Below are positions 19,262 to 28,579 of a stretch of DNA of 32,380 nt, piece by piece. The notes under the pieces were generated by a model. That model was given only the letters and a program-made list of their open reading frames with translations. It was not told the DNA's origin and did no database searches. The DNA is from Myxococcales bacterium (GTDB lineage Bacteria; Desulfobacterota; Binatia; HRBIN30; BPIQ01). How positions within the stretch are numbered: position 1 is the stretch's first letter; each line of letters opens with the position of its first letter. The position numbers and the translations under genes are program-made. The stretch is from assembly GCA_037440145.1 (NCBI GenBank), contig JBBIUR010000022.1, forward strand, positions 1 to 32,380, read 5' to 3'.

Positions 19262-21116
19262 GCTGCCGCGCCGCTGGTTCTGGTTGTACGCGGTCGCCTT
19301 GGCAGCCGCGGCGGCGGTTTTGCGGGAGTGGGGGCTGGAAGCTGCCGAACGGCAGTTCGCGCGCGCCCTCGGTGTGGCCGCGCAGCGGCACGCTGAGCGC
19401 ATCGCGCGCGTCCTCCCGTGGGAGGTGAAGGATGCGGAACTCCGCGAGCAGTGCGCAGCGCTGGCCCGCGAAGTCGGGGGGCGCGTGGCAGTGCTTGCCG
19501 GAGACGGGAATGTGATCGCCGATTCGGCGTCCGAGCCGCGGATGCCGCTGCCAATGCAAGCAGATGCGGGATGGGTAAGCGCGTCCTGGCGCGAAGAGCG
19601 CGGCGGGCCGGCGCGCACGGTGGTCGTTTCCCTGCCGGCGGAAGCGCTGGGCGCGGGCGGTGCGGCAGCGCTCGTGCTCGGCGGGTGGGCGCTCGGGCTC
19701 GCGGCGGTGGCGCTCTGGCCGTTGCCGTTCCTGTGGCGAAGTCTCGCTCGGCGCATCGATGGACTGGCGGCGTACGCGGCTGCGGTGGCCGCGGGAGAGC
19801 AAGTGCCGCCGCAGCCGCCGCGGTTTTCCGGCGCGATCGGACGCCTGCGCGACGCGGTGCACCGGATGGGGACGCGGCTCGCGGCCGAGCTGCAGGCGGC
19901 GCGGGAAGAGAAGAGCAAGCTTGAGGCAGTCCTGCGCGGTATGATCGAGGGCGTTGTGGTTGTCGACCGGACTGGCGTGGTCCGGCTCGCGAACCCCCGC
20001 GCGGGCGAGCTGTTCGGGTTGGGGCGGCAGCCGCTCGAAGGGCGCTTGCTGGTAGAGATCTGTCGCGACCCCGACCTTCACGACGTCTGGCGCGAGGCGG
20101 TGGAGAGCGAGGGCAAGACGCCGCGCACACGACTGCTCGCGTTCGAAGGCGGGGGCGGGCAACAGGTGCAAGTGACCGTGGCGCCGGTGGCGGGACCCGA
20201 TAGGCGGCCGGAGGGGTTCGTGTGCGTGTTGCACGACGTGACCGAGCTGCGCAGGCTGGAGACAGCGCGGCGCGATTTCGTGGCCAACGTGTCCCACGAG
20301 CTGCGCACGCCGCTCACGGCGATCCGCGGATATGCGGAGACACTCGCCACCGGCCTGGGCAGCGATCCCGAGCGGGCGCGGAAATTCGCGGAGATCATCT
20401 GGAGGCACTCCGAGAGGCTTAGCCGTCTGGTCGACGATCTGCTCGCGCTGTCGGACCTGGAACTGGGCCGGGCGCCGCTCCAGCGCGTGCCAGTGGCGCT
20501 GCTCCCGGTTGTCGAGGGAGCGGTGGAAGTGGTGCGCGGCAAAGCGGCGGAGCGGGGCATTGCACTCGCGCTCAACGTTTCGGCGGATTTGCCCGAAGTG
20601 GTGGGCGACCGCGACCGCCTCGAGCAGCTCCTGGTGAACCTTCTGGACAACGCCGTGAAGTACACGCCCCCGGGCGGTAGGGTCACCGTGGAGGCCGAGT
20701 TCGCGAGCATGCCCGAGGCCGCCGCCGTTCCGCCGCCGCCAGCGCGGCGGGGCGAGCGCTGTGTCGCGCTGCGGGTGCGAGACACTGGGATCGGAATTCC
20801 ACGCCGAGATTTGCCGCGCGTTACGGAACGGTTTTTCCGCGTCGACCGCGCGCGCTCGCGCGAGCTGGGCGGCACGGGCCTGGGCCTGGCCATCGCCAAG
20901 CACATCGTGCAGGCGCACGAAGGCTCGTTGGTCATCGAAAGCGAGCACGGGCGGGGGACCACGGTGAGCGTTTACCTTCCCATTGCGCCCGTTGCGCCGT
21001 AGGGACGTTGCGCCGCCCCTCCCGGCGGGTGGACCCCCACACCGGTCCGCGTGCAGCGACGCCTCGGGGCGGCCAGCCTTGACTGAGAAGGCGCGGGCGG
21101 CAATTCAGAGCAGGGA

Positions 21117-22208
21117 ATGGCTGAGCGAGAGCTCGCGTACGGTGGCGATCCGCCGGAAACGATCCCGATTCGCTCCGGGGAAGACTTTGACCACGAACGG
21201 CTGCGCGCATACCTGCAGGGTAAACTGCCGGGCAGCGAGGGGCCGCTGGAAATTCTTCAGTTCGCAGGCGGGCACGCGAACCTCACGTATCTTCTCCGTT
21301 TCGACACTGTGGAGTACGTACTGCGGCGGCCGCCGATCGGTCCGGTCGCCCCCGGCGCGCACGACATGGGGCGGGAATTTCGGGTTCTCTCCGTGCTCTA
21401 TCGGGCGTATCCCTTGGCCCCGCGGGCGTTTCTGTACTGCGAAGATCCACAGGTGATCGGCGCGCCGTTCTTCGTGATGGAACGGCGGCGAGGAGTGGTG
21501 GTGCGGCGGACCATCCCGCCGCAGTTCGGCAGCGGCGAAGATCCGCGCGCGAATCGCCGCATCAGCGAGGTGTTGATCGACACGCTGGCCGATTTGCACG
21601 GCGTTGACCCGCGCTCTGTCGGCCTGCACACCCTTGGCAAGCCGGAGGGATTCCTGCAGCGGCAGGTCGAGGGATGGATGGCGCGGTACGAGCGGGCGAA
21701 GACCAAGGAGCTGCCGGTCGTCGGGGAGGTATACCGGTGGCTCGCGGTCAATTTGCCGCCGTCAGCGCCTCCTGCGCTTCTGCACAACGACTGGCGCCTC
21801 GACAACATCATGCTCGATGCGGCCGACCCAGGCCGGTGCGTGGCAGTTTTCGACTGGGACATGTGCACGAACGGCGATCCGCTGGCGGATCTGGGCACTC
21901 TTCTGTCGGCGTGGGTGCAGCCGGGCGAGGCAACGGGCGGCCAATGGACGACGATGCCATCCACCGCGCCCGGCTTTTTGACGCGTGCAGAGGCAGTCGA
22001 GCGGTACGGAAAGCGGCGCGGCGTAGATGTGAGCCGCGTGCCGTATTACTATGTGTTCGGACTGTTCAAGATGGCCGTCGTGTTGCAGCAGATCTACTAC
22101 CGCTACCACGTGGGCCAGACGCGCGATGAGCGCTTCGCACCCTTCGAACAGGTGGCGGAGTTTCTCTTCTGTATCGCGCGCGAGCGGGTTGCCAACCCGG
22201 GCTTGTGA
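21117..22208 (+). CDS. phosphotransferase-family protein (APH/choline-kinase-like fold, ACAD10/11 N-terminal-like)
   Basis: GGHANLTYLL nucleotide-binding region, FFVMERRRG, the catalytic loop LLHNDWRLDNIML, and metal-binding VFDWDMC. Confidence 0.8.
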   Translation: MAERELAYGGDPPETIPIRSGEDFDHERLRAYLQGKLPGSEGPLEILQFAGGHANLTYLLRFDTVEYVLRRPPIGPVAPGAHDMGREFRVLSVLYRAYPLAPRAFLYCEDPQVIGAPFFVMERRRGVVVRRTIPPQFGSGEDPRANRRISEVLIDTLADLHGVDPRSVGLHTLGKPEGFLQRQVEGWMARYERAKTKELPVVGEVYRWLAVNLPPSAPPALLHNDWRLDNIMLDAADPGRCVAVFDWDMCTNGDPLADLGTLLSAWVQPGEATGGQWTTMPSTAPGFLTRAEAVERYGKRRGVDVSRVPYYYVFGLFKMAVVLQQIYYRYHVGQTRDERFAPFEQVAEFLFCIARERVANPGL

Positions 22209-22368
22209 ACCGGGGCGGGCGAATGTGCGGCCGCACCGGCCGATGTCTGCGGTCCCGCTGCGGGCCCGGCAATGCGCCCGCCGGCGCTCGCGGGGGGCTC
22301 CGCGGCGCCACCTTGCCTCGAATCGGCGGCATTGCTAGGGTGCGCCACCGGGAAAACTCTCGGCGGGT

Positions 22369-22441
<73 letters not shown>

Positions 22442-22913
22442 CTAGCACCCTGGAGGTCGTTGCAGTCGGGCGGCGCGCCAGGCCCGGGGCGGGAGAGTGC
22501 GAATTGCGGCCTGACCTACAGCTAAATCGAGTGCGGAACCAGCCGCGCCTCGGGATGCGCGCACGCGAGCGTGTGCGCAAAGGCGGCTTTCTTGCCGCGC
22601 GTGCGGCGTGTGGGCGAGCTCCTTGGCAGAGCGAGCTCGGAAGTCGGCCGATGGGCGAGTCGGAGCCGGAGCGAGGCACGCCGTCCCCATAGGACCGAGC
22701 GAGGTGCCCGCAACCAAACGGCACGCCCTAGATGCGGGTGCCGAAGGGGCGGTGCAAAGCTGTGCGAGAGGAGCAGAGCTCGGGGTACCGCGTCCGTGCC
22801 GCCTGAAGCGCCCGCGATTCCCGTGCTGGGATGGGGTGCGTCGCCCGGCGCGGGCTTGCACAGGAGCGGAAAGCGAGTGCGCAGTGGAGGATGCGAGGAT
22901 TGGAGCTGAAACG

Positions 22914-24149
22914 CTAGGTGTGCAGCTCGGCCCCTCGGGTTTCCTCGATCCAGGTGCCGAAGATGAGGACGCTCGGGATGAGAAGCATCGAGAGGTAGCC
23001 CACGACGGTGGACAGCCCGCCCGCGATCTCTGCCAGGCTCGCAATCGTCGATTGGGATACGAGCGCTCCGGCCGCACCCGCGACGGCAAACCACCCGATC
23101 ATCGTGCCCCGCAACGCGGTCGGGAACAGCTCCGTCGCGGCTGCGTTCGCGCCCACTGTGGCGGCGTTCGCAGCCGTGCTCGACCACGCGTAGGAACTCC
23201 CGAGCCAGACGGCGGGAGCGAAGAATTCGCGCGGCGGACCCCAGTAAAACGCAACCGTTCCGATCGCCACCAGAAGGCCGAAGCAAACCACCGTCGGCAC
23301 CCTGCCGAATCGCTCGGCGGCCCACGCGCCCAGCGGAAACCCCAGCAATCCCACGGCGCCTCCAGCGACGATCAGGGCACTGGTCGCGCTTGGCGAGAGA
23401 CCGGCCACCGTGACGCTGTGGAAGTACGTCCAGCTCCCAAAAGCTGTCGACGCAATCGTGGTCAGGAAGAAGCTCGCGAGCATCGGCACGGACCGCGGGC
23501 GATAGGGCGGGCTGAAGACGTCGTAGATGCGGCTAGCTCGAGTTTTCCCTTCCCGCTTAGCGGTCTCCCAGCGAGTGCTCTCGGGCAGGAGTTTGCGCAG
23601 CAGCGGGACCGCGAGAATCCACGCGGCGGAGATGCCCAAGAGCCATCGCCAGGACCACCCACGGGCGTCGAGCAGCGGCATGAGAATCACGCACAAGCCG
23701 CCGCCGAGATTCGTCGCAAGCCCGCCCAACCCTTGCCCTCGGGCTCGCCCGTGAACGGGCAGCTCCTCGGCGAGCATCACGACCGAACCGGAGATGGTGG
23801 CCCCGATGCACGCGTAAAGGCCAATTTCAAAAATGGCGAAAAGCCGAAGATCGCGCGCCAGCGCGGCGCCCAGGGCGCACAGCGGTGTTGCCGACATGCA
23901 GCCCATTAGCACGCGCCGGCGGCCGGCGCGGTCGGCGAGGCGTGACAGGCAAAGGGCGCCGAACGAGGAAAGAGCGATCCAGGCATAGAGCGCGGCGATC
24001 CCAGAATCCGTCAGGTGGAAGCTCTGCGCGATCCAAGGTGCTGCGACGCCGTTAATGGCCATGGTGAAGCCCTGGTAGTAGAGCATGGCGGCCACGGCGA
24101 CGAGCGCGCGGCGGGACGGGGCTGGATGTGCGGCCTGGGCTGAAGGCAT
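22914..24149 (-). CDS. MFS transporter (substrate unknown; possibly amino-sugar importer by context)
   Basis: About 12 predicted TM segments, with MFS motif A between TM2 and TM3 (LSRLADRAGRRRVLM). Divergent from the kinase/deacetylase operon. Confidence 0.85.
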   Translation of the reverse strand: MPSAQAAHPAPSRRALVAVAAMLYYQGFTMAINGVAAPWIAQSFHLTDSGIAALYAWIALSSFGALCLSRLADRAGRRRVLMGCMSATPLCALGAALARDLRLFAIFEIGLYACIGATISGSVVMLAEELPVHGRARGQGLGGLATNLGGGLCVILMPLLDARGWSWRWLLGISAAWILAVPLLRKLLPESTRWETAKREGKTRASRIYDVFSPPYRPRSVPMLASFFLTTIASTAFGSWTYFHSVTVAGLSPSATSALIVAGGAVGLLGFPLGAWAAERFGRVPTVVCFGLLVAIGTVAFYWGPPREFFAPAVWLGSSYAWSSTAANAATVGANAAATELFPTALRGTMIGWFAVAGAAGALVSQSTIASLAEIAGGLSTVVGYLSMLLIPSVLIFGTWIEETRGAELHT

Positions 24150-24238
24150 CGGCAGCGGATGTATTTAGTACCCCAGCCGCTGGGAGAAAAGCGGAGCGAC
24201 CCGTGGAAGCCGCCGGGCGTCTGTGTTACGCAGGCGCC

Positions 24239-25231
24239 ATGGCGGGGGCCAAGCCCCTGATTCTCGCAATCGACGCGGGCGGGAGCGGTACCCGATGCGC
24301 GCTGCTCGACGGGACGGGATCGGTCATCGCGGCGGGACGCGGGGGACCTGCGAATCACATCCTGTGCGGCTGGGACAGAGCGCGCGCGTCGGTGGAGGAG
24401 GCCGTGGCCCGAACTCTGGCTGCAGCCCGCGTGGATTGCGCGGCGGTCACGGCAGTGGCGTGCAGCAGTGCTGGTGTCGGCGCCGACGGGGAGGGCCGGG
24501 AGGTGGTCGAGTGGCTACTGCGCCAACTCGTGCCGAGCGCTAGCTGGGTGCGCGCTTTCGGGGATATGGTTGCTGCGTTTTGGGGCGCGTTGCCCGAAGG
24601 GGTTGGCGCGGTCGTGAGCGCGGGCACGGGTTCGGTTTGCTACGGGCGCAACCGGAGCGGTGCGACGTGCCAGGTGGGTGGCTGGGGCCACCTCATGGGC
24701 GACGAGGGCAGCGCTTACGACATCGCGCTGCGGGCGTTGCGCGCCGTGGCGCGAGGCGTCGACGGCCGGGGCGAGCCGACGAATCTGGAGGAGATTTTGG
24801 GCGAGGCTGTCGGTGCCCGAGGAGCTGTGCAGGTCGCTGCGCGGTTGTACGGCGATCCGCTGACGCGCGAGCAGATCGCGGCGCTGGCTCCATGCGTGGA
24901 CCGGGCAGCGGAGGGCGGAGACCGGAAGGCGGGGGAGATCTTAGCCACGGCCGGTGCAGAGCTGGCCGCAGCCGCCGCTGCGGTAATCCGCAGGCTGGGC
25001 TTCGCGACTGAGCCGATGGCCGTTTCCTATGCGGGCGCGGTGTTTCGCTCGCGCGAGGTGCGGCGTTCTTTCGTCGCGCACTTGAGTTCCCTTGCCCCGT
25101 CGGCGCAACTCGCAGCACCGGTGTTGCCGCCGGTGGGCGGGGCAGCGCGGCTGGCAGTGCGGGAGCTCGGGTGTGAAGAGGACGCCAAATTCTTGCGGCG
25201 CTTGCAGCGCGGGCTGAAGGTGGTGGAGTGA
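24239..25231 (+). CDS. BadF/BadG/BcrA/BcrD-type ATPase (N-acetylglucosamine-kinase-like sugar kinase)
   Basis: ASKHA phosphate-1 motif LILAIDAGGSGTRCALLD, then VSAGTGSVCYG and GGWGHLMGDEGSAYDIA, typical of eukaryote-type GlcNAc kinases. Start at ATG 24239 inside ORF 24128..25231. Confidence 0.8.
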   Translation: MAGAKPLILAIDAGGSGTRCALLDGTGSVIAAGRGGPANHILCGWDRARASVEEAVARTLAAARVDCAAVTAVACSSAGVGADGEGREVVEWLLRQLVPSASWVRAFGDMVAAFWGALPEGVGAVVSAGTGSVCYGRNRSGATCQVGGWGHLMGDEGSAYDIALRALRAVARGVDGRGEPTNLEEILGEAVGARGAVQVAARLYGDPLTREQIAALAPCVDRAAEGGDRKAGEILATAGAELAAAAAAVIRRLGFATEPMAVSYAGAVFRSREVRRSFVAHLSSLAPSAQLAAPVLPPVGGAARLAVRELGCEEDAKFLRRLQRGLKVVE

Positions 25232-26550
25232 AAATGGTCCTTACCTGGGGCTTCGGGATGCGCGACATCACGCCGCCGATCGGGTTGCCGATGGGCGGTT
25301 ACGCGGCGCGGAGCGGCCCGGCAATCGGAGTTCTCGATGCGCTGTCTTGCCGGGCAGCGGTCTGCTCCGGGACTGCTGGGGGCGGGCCCCTGGTGCTGGT
25401 TTCCCTGGACCTTCTCTGCGTGGCAGAGCCCTGGGTTGCCCGATTGCGCCGGCGCATCGCGCTTGCGGCGGGTTGCGACACTGCGGCGGTGCTGGTTGCC
25501 GCCACCCACACGCACGCGGGCCCTGCAGTCTTTGGTTCGGGCGGAGATACGACTGCGGCGCTCGCCGCATACGAAGCGGGGGTCGCAGACGCGGTGGTGA
25601 AGGCGGCTAGCGAGGCGAGCGCAAGGCGCGAGCCCGTGGAACTCCGGTTCGGGCGTTGCCCCGTCCCCGGCGTCGCAGCGAGCCGGCGGCGGCCTGCTGA
25701 CGACCTCGGGGACGAGGTGGCCGTTCTGGCGGCCGTCTCGGCGCAGGGTCGATGCGCGGGCGCCGTGGCGAGTTTCGCCTGCCACCCGACGGTGCTGCCG
25801 CCGCAGAACCGAGCCTTCTCTCGGGACCTGTTCGGAGTGGCCGTCGACCGCGCCGAGCAACTGCTAGGAGCGCCGGTCTTGCTGTTCAACGGCGCCGCGG
25901 CCGATGTGAGCACCCGCTTTACGCGCGGGGCGCAGACGCCCGAGGAGATGCGCCGGCTAGGCGTGCAGCTCGGCACTGCAATTGCGCGTGCGGTGTCGGC
26001 CGGCGAGGAGATCGCACCGCTGCCGCTGGCGGCCGCCGAGGAGCGCGTGCCGCTGGAGTTCACCGCGTTGCCAGCGCGGGAGGAGGCGGAACGGCTGGTC
26101 GCCGAAACCACCGCAGCGTACCGCGCGGCAAAAGCGGCGGGGCGTTGCGAGGCGGAGCTCCGGCAGGCTCGGGCGGCTGCCGAAGCAGCCCTGGGTCAAC
26201 TCTACCTCGCAACGGCTGGCGGGGCGGGTGCGCTGCCCCTGGGTATCGCGCGGGACGCGCCCTTGCAAGCGCTGCAATTGGGCGAGTGCTCGATCGTGGG
26301 GGTTCCGGGCGAGCTTTTCTCCGCCCTCGGCCGGCGGATCTCGGAAGCGCGCGGGAAGCACGTGCTACTGGTGGGATATGCGAACGGCTACGTAGGGTAC
26401 TTGCTGCCTCGAGATGCTTGCCGCGAGGGAGGATACGAGGCGATGCTTGCCGTCGTGACCCCGAGGTGCGCCGAGGGGATCGCGCTGCGCCTGCAGAGGC
26501 TGGGGAAAGGTTGCGGGCCAGCGCGGCCTACGCGGAACGGAGGCGCGTGA
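25228..26550 (+). CDS. neutral/alkaline ceramidase N-terminal-domain-like amidohydrolase, cytoplasmic (no signal peptide)
   Basis: GFGMRDITPPIGLPMGGYAARS...LDALSCRAAVC and VLVAATHTHAGPAV resemble the neutral ceramidase N-domain with its Zn-binding HxH region. The C-terminal GVPGELFSALG...VGYANGYVGYL also fits. GTGA overlap with the kinase gene; an ATG at 25234 is an alternative start. Confidence 0.75.
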   Translation: MKMVLTWGFGMRDITPPIGLPMGGYAARSGPAIGVLDALSCRAAVCSGTAGGGPLVLVSLDLLCVAEPWVARLRRRIALAAGCDTAAVLVAATHTHAGPAVFGSGGDTTAALAAYEAGVADAVVKAASEASARREPVELRFGRCPVPGVAASRRRPADDLGDEVAVLAAVSAQGRCAGAVASFACHPTVLPPQNRAFSRDLFGVAVDRAEQLLGAPVLLFNGAAADVSTRFTRGAQTPEEMRRLGVQLGTAIARAVSAGEEIAPLPLAAAEERVPLEFTALPAREEAERLVAETTAAYRAAKAAGRCEAELRQARAAAEAALGQLYLATAGGAGALPLGIARDAPLQALQLGECSIVGVPGELFSALGRRISEARGKHVLLVGYANGYVGYLLPRDACREGGYEAMLAVVTPRCAEGIALRLQRLGKGCGPARPTRNGGA

Positions 26551-26554
26551 ATCC

Positions 26555-27307
26555 ATGCAGCGCCTCGAGCTCGTAGAGCGGTACCTCGACGTGGTGGAGG
26601 CTCTGGTACGAGACTTCCGCAACGGCCAGCGCGAGGCCATAGGGCGCGCGGCGCAGTGCGTAGCCCGGGCCCTGCGGGGTGGCGGGGTCGTGCACCTATT
26701 CGGGACAGGCCACTCGCACATGCTCGCGGAGGAGGTCTTCTTTCGCGCCGGCGGGTTGGCGCCAATCGATGCCATGCTGGACGAGCGTGTCGTTTTGAGC
26801 GGAGGTGCAATGCGGAGCGCGGAGGCCGAACGCACGCCCGGAGTGGCTGCGGCGATTGCATCGCGCTACGACTTGCGCCCTTGTGATGTCGGGGTCGTCA
26901 TTTCGCACTCCGGGCGCAATGCCGCCCCCGTGGAAATGGCGCTGCTGATGCGAGAACGCGGCATACCCGTGATCGGAGTGACCAGCCTGGCCCATTCCAA
27001 AGCGCTCCCTCCTTTGCGGCCACCCGGGGCGCGCTTGTACGAGGTGGCCGACTTCGTGATCGATACCGGATGCCCGTATGGAGATGCGGCGGTGCGCGGG
27101 CCAGGGCTTGCCTATCCCACCGGAGCCACTTCCACGATCGTGGGCGCGGTGGCTGTGCAGTGCGTGATTCTGGGAGCAATCGAAATGCTCGTCGAGGAAG
27201 GCGAAGCCGTCGTGAACCTCCCGAGTGCGAACATCGAGCACGGGGAAGCGGTGGGTGCCGCGATGCGCGAGTTTGCGAAGTTCCGCGGGCGCATCCGGCA
27301 CCTGTGA
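26555..27307 (+). CDS. single SIS-domain protein (UPF0309-like sugar-phosphate isomerase/binding protein)
   Basis: VHLFGTGHSHMLAEEVFFRAGGLAP and VVISHSGRNAAPVEMALLMRERGIPVIGVTS are SIS-fold phosphosugar-binding signatures. Starts 4 nt after the preceding stop. Confidence 0.8.
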   Translation: MQRLELVERYLDVVEALVRDFRNGQREAIGRAAQCVARALRGGGVVHLFGTGHSHMLAEEVFFRAGGLAPIDAMLDERVVLSGGAMRSAEAERTPGVAAAIASRYDLRPCDVGVVISHSGRNAAPVEMALLMRERGIPVIGVTSLAHSKALPPLRPPGARLYEVADFVIDTGCPYGDAAVRGPGLAYPTGATSTIVGAVAVQCVILGAIEMLVEEGEAVVNLPSANIEHGEAVGAAMREFAKFRGRIRHL

Positions 27308-27334
27308 CGCCGCGAGCGGAACGCTGGCCGATCC

Positions 27335-28486
27335 ATGACCGCGCTCCTCATCCGGGATTGCACGGCGCTTTTGCCCTCCGGCCTGCAGAAGGGCACGGAT
27401 ATCGCGATTGACGGCGGGCGCATTGCGAGGGTTGGCAAGCACCTGCAGCTCGCCGGCGCGCCGGTCCTGCACGCAGCAGGAGCGATTGCGGCGCCGGGTT
27501 TTGTCGACCTCCACATTCACGGCGCTGCCGGTGCGATGTTCGAGCAAGGTGATCCGGAAGCTGCAGGGAAAATTTGCGGCGCGCTTCCGGCTTTCGGCGT
27601 TACGGGCATCCTGGCGACTGTGGCGACATTGCCGCCGATGGAACTGCGGCGTGCGGTGGAGTCCATCGCTGTGGCATCTCGGCGCACTACCGGAGCCCGC
27701 ATCCTGGGCATCCATTTGGAAGGGCCTTTTTTGAACCCGGCGCGGGCGGGTGCGCAAAGGCGGGAGTGGATGCGAGCTCTGTCGCTCGGGGAGTTCGAAG
27801 ACCTGCAGGAGGCGTGCGGCGGGCTCATTCGGCTTGTGACGCTGGCACCAGAGCTGGACGGAGCGCTCGCGTTGGTTCGGGAGCTGCGCGCGCGAGGCGT
27901 CACGGTGGCCATGGGCCACTCCGACGCAACCGCAGAGCAGGCACTGCTGGGCATCGAGGCGGGGGCTACGCATGTAACCCACTTGTTCAACGCGATGCGC
28001 GGGTTGCACCACCGCGAGCCGGGACTGGTGGGCGTTGCGCTGACGGACGAACGGGTCTCGGTGGAGCTGATCTGCGACGGGGTGCATGTTGCGCCGCGAG
28101 CGGTAGCGCTGGCTTTGCGGTGCAAGTCTGCGCGCCGCGTGGCGCTTGTGAGCGATGCTGTGGGCGCGCTGGGGCTGGCCGACGGCGAGTTCGACATGTT
28201 CGGGTTGCGATGCGCAATCCGGGACGGCGCGGTGCGACTGCATCCGGAGGGCACGCTGGCTGGAAGTTGCTTGCGCCTCGACCGCGCAGTGCAGAACGTG
28301 CGCAGCTGGGTGGGCGGAATTGCGCTGCCGGATTTGCTCCGGGCAGCATCCAGCACGCCGGCAGCCGTGCTCGGGGCCCTGCCTCACGAGCTCGTGGAAG
28401 GCGCGTCTGCGGATCTGGTCCTCCTCGATGGGAACCTTCAGGTTGTCGCGACGATTTGCCGCGGCGCCCTTGCGTGGGCTCGGTGA
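27335..28486 (+). CDS. nagA: N-acetylglucosamine-6-phosphate deacetylase
   Basis: PGFVDLHIHGAAG, GIHLEGPFLNPARAGAQ, TLAPEL, VAMGHSDAT, THLFNAM and LICDGVHV together give the full set of NagA metal and substrate motifs. Confidence 0.9.
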   Translation: MTALLIRDCTALLPSGLQKGTDIAIDGGRIARVGKHLQLAGAPVLHAAGAIAAPGFVDLHIHGAAGAMFEQGDPEAAGKICGALPAFGVTGILATVATLPPMELRRAVESIAVASRRTTGARILGIHLEGPFLNPARAGAQRREWMRALSLGEFEDLQEACGGLIRLVTLAPELDGALALVRELRARGVTVAMGHSDATAEQALLGIEAGATHVTHLFNAMRGLHHREPGLVGVALTDERVSVELICDGVHVAPRAVALALRCKSARRVALVSDAVGALGLADGEFDMFGLRCAIRDGAVRLHPEGTLAGSCLRLDRAVQNVRSWVGGIALPDLLRAASSTPAAVLGALPHELVEGASADLVLLDGNLQVVATICRGALAWAR

Positions 28487-28537
28487 CCGGGTCGCGCTGT
28501 GGCGCGGGCATGCTTTGGATTCACTTGACGCATTTGC

Positions 28538-28553
28538 TGGCACTGCCTTAGCT
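28538..28553 (+). promoter_or_regulatory. sigma-54-like -24/-12 promoter element (TGGCAC-N5-TAGCT)
   Basis: TGGCAC at 28538-28543, a 5-nt spacer, then TAGCT at 28549-28553, versus the consensus TGGCAC-N5-TTGCW. The GG to GC spacing is exact. It lies about 27 nt upstream of the ATG at 28580, with GGGAGGAGAG RBS between. It is the only TGGCAC in the window with a compatible -12 element. Confidence 0.4.
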
Positions 28554-28579
28554 TTCGGTCGAGCTACGGGAGGAGAGCA

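Noticed and set aside
22442-22913. RNase P RNA, tmRNA, SRP RNA, or an integrated element with an att repeat next to tRNA-Ala.
   Set aside because: Several hallmarks are missing: no GGAAAGUCC / ACAGAA blocks (RNase P), no tRNA-like 3' end with a GGUUCGA..CCA acceptor (tmRNA), and no GGAA-tetraloop AGCAGC motif (SRP). I also found no duplicate of the tRNA 3' end and no integrase-like ORF. The region is reported only as unexplained.
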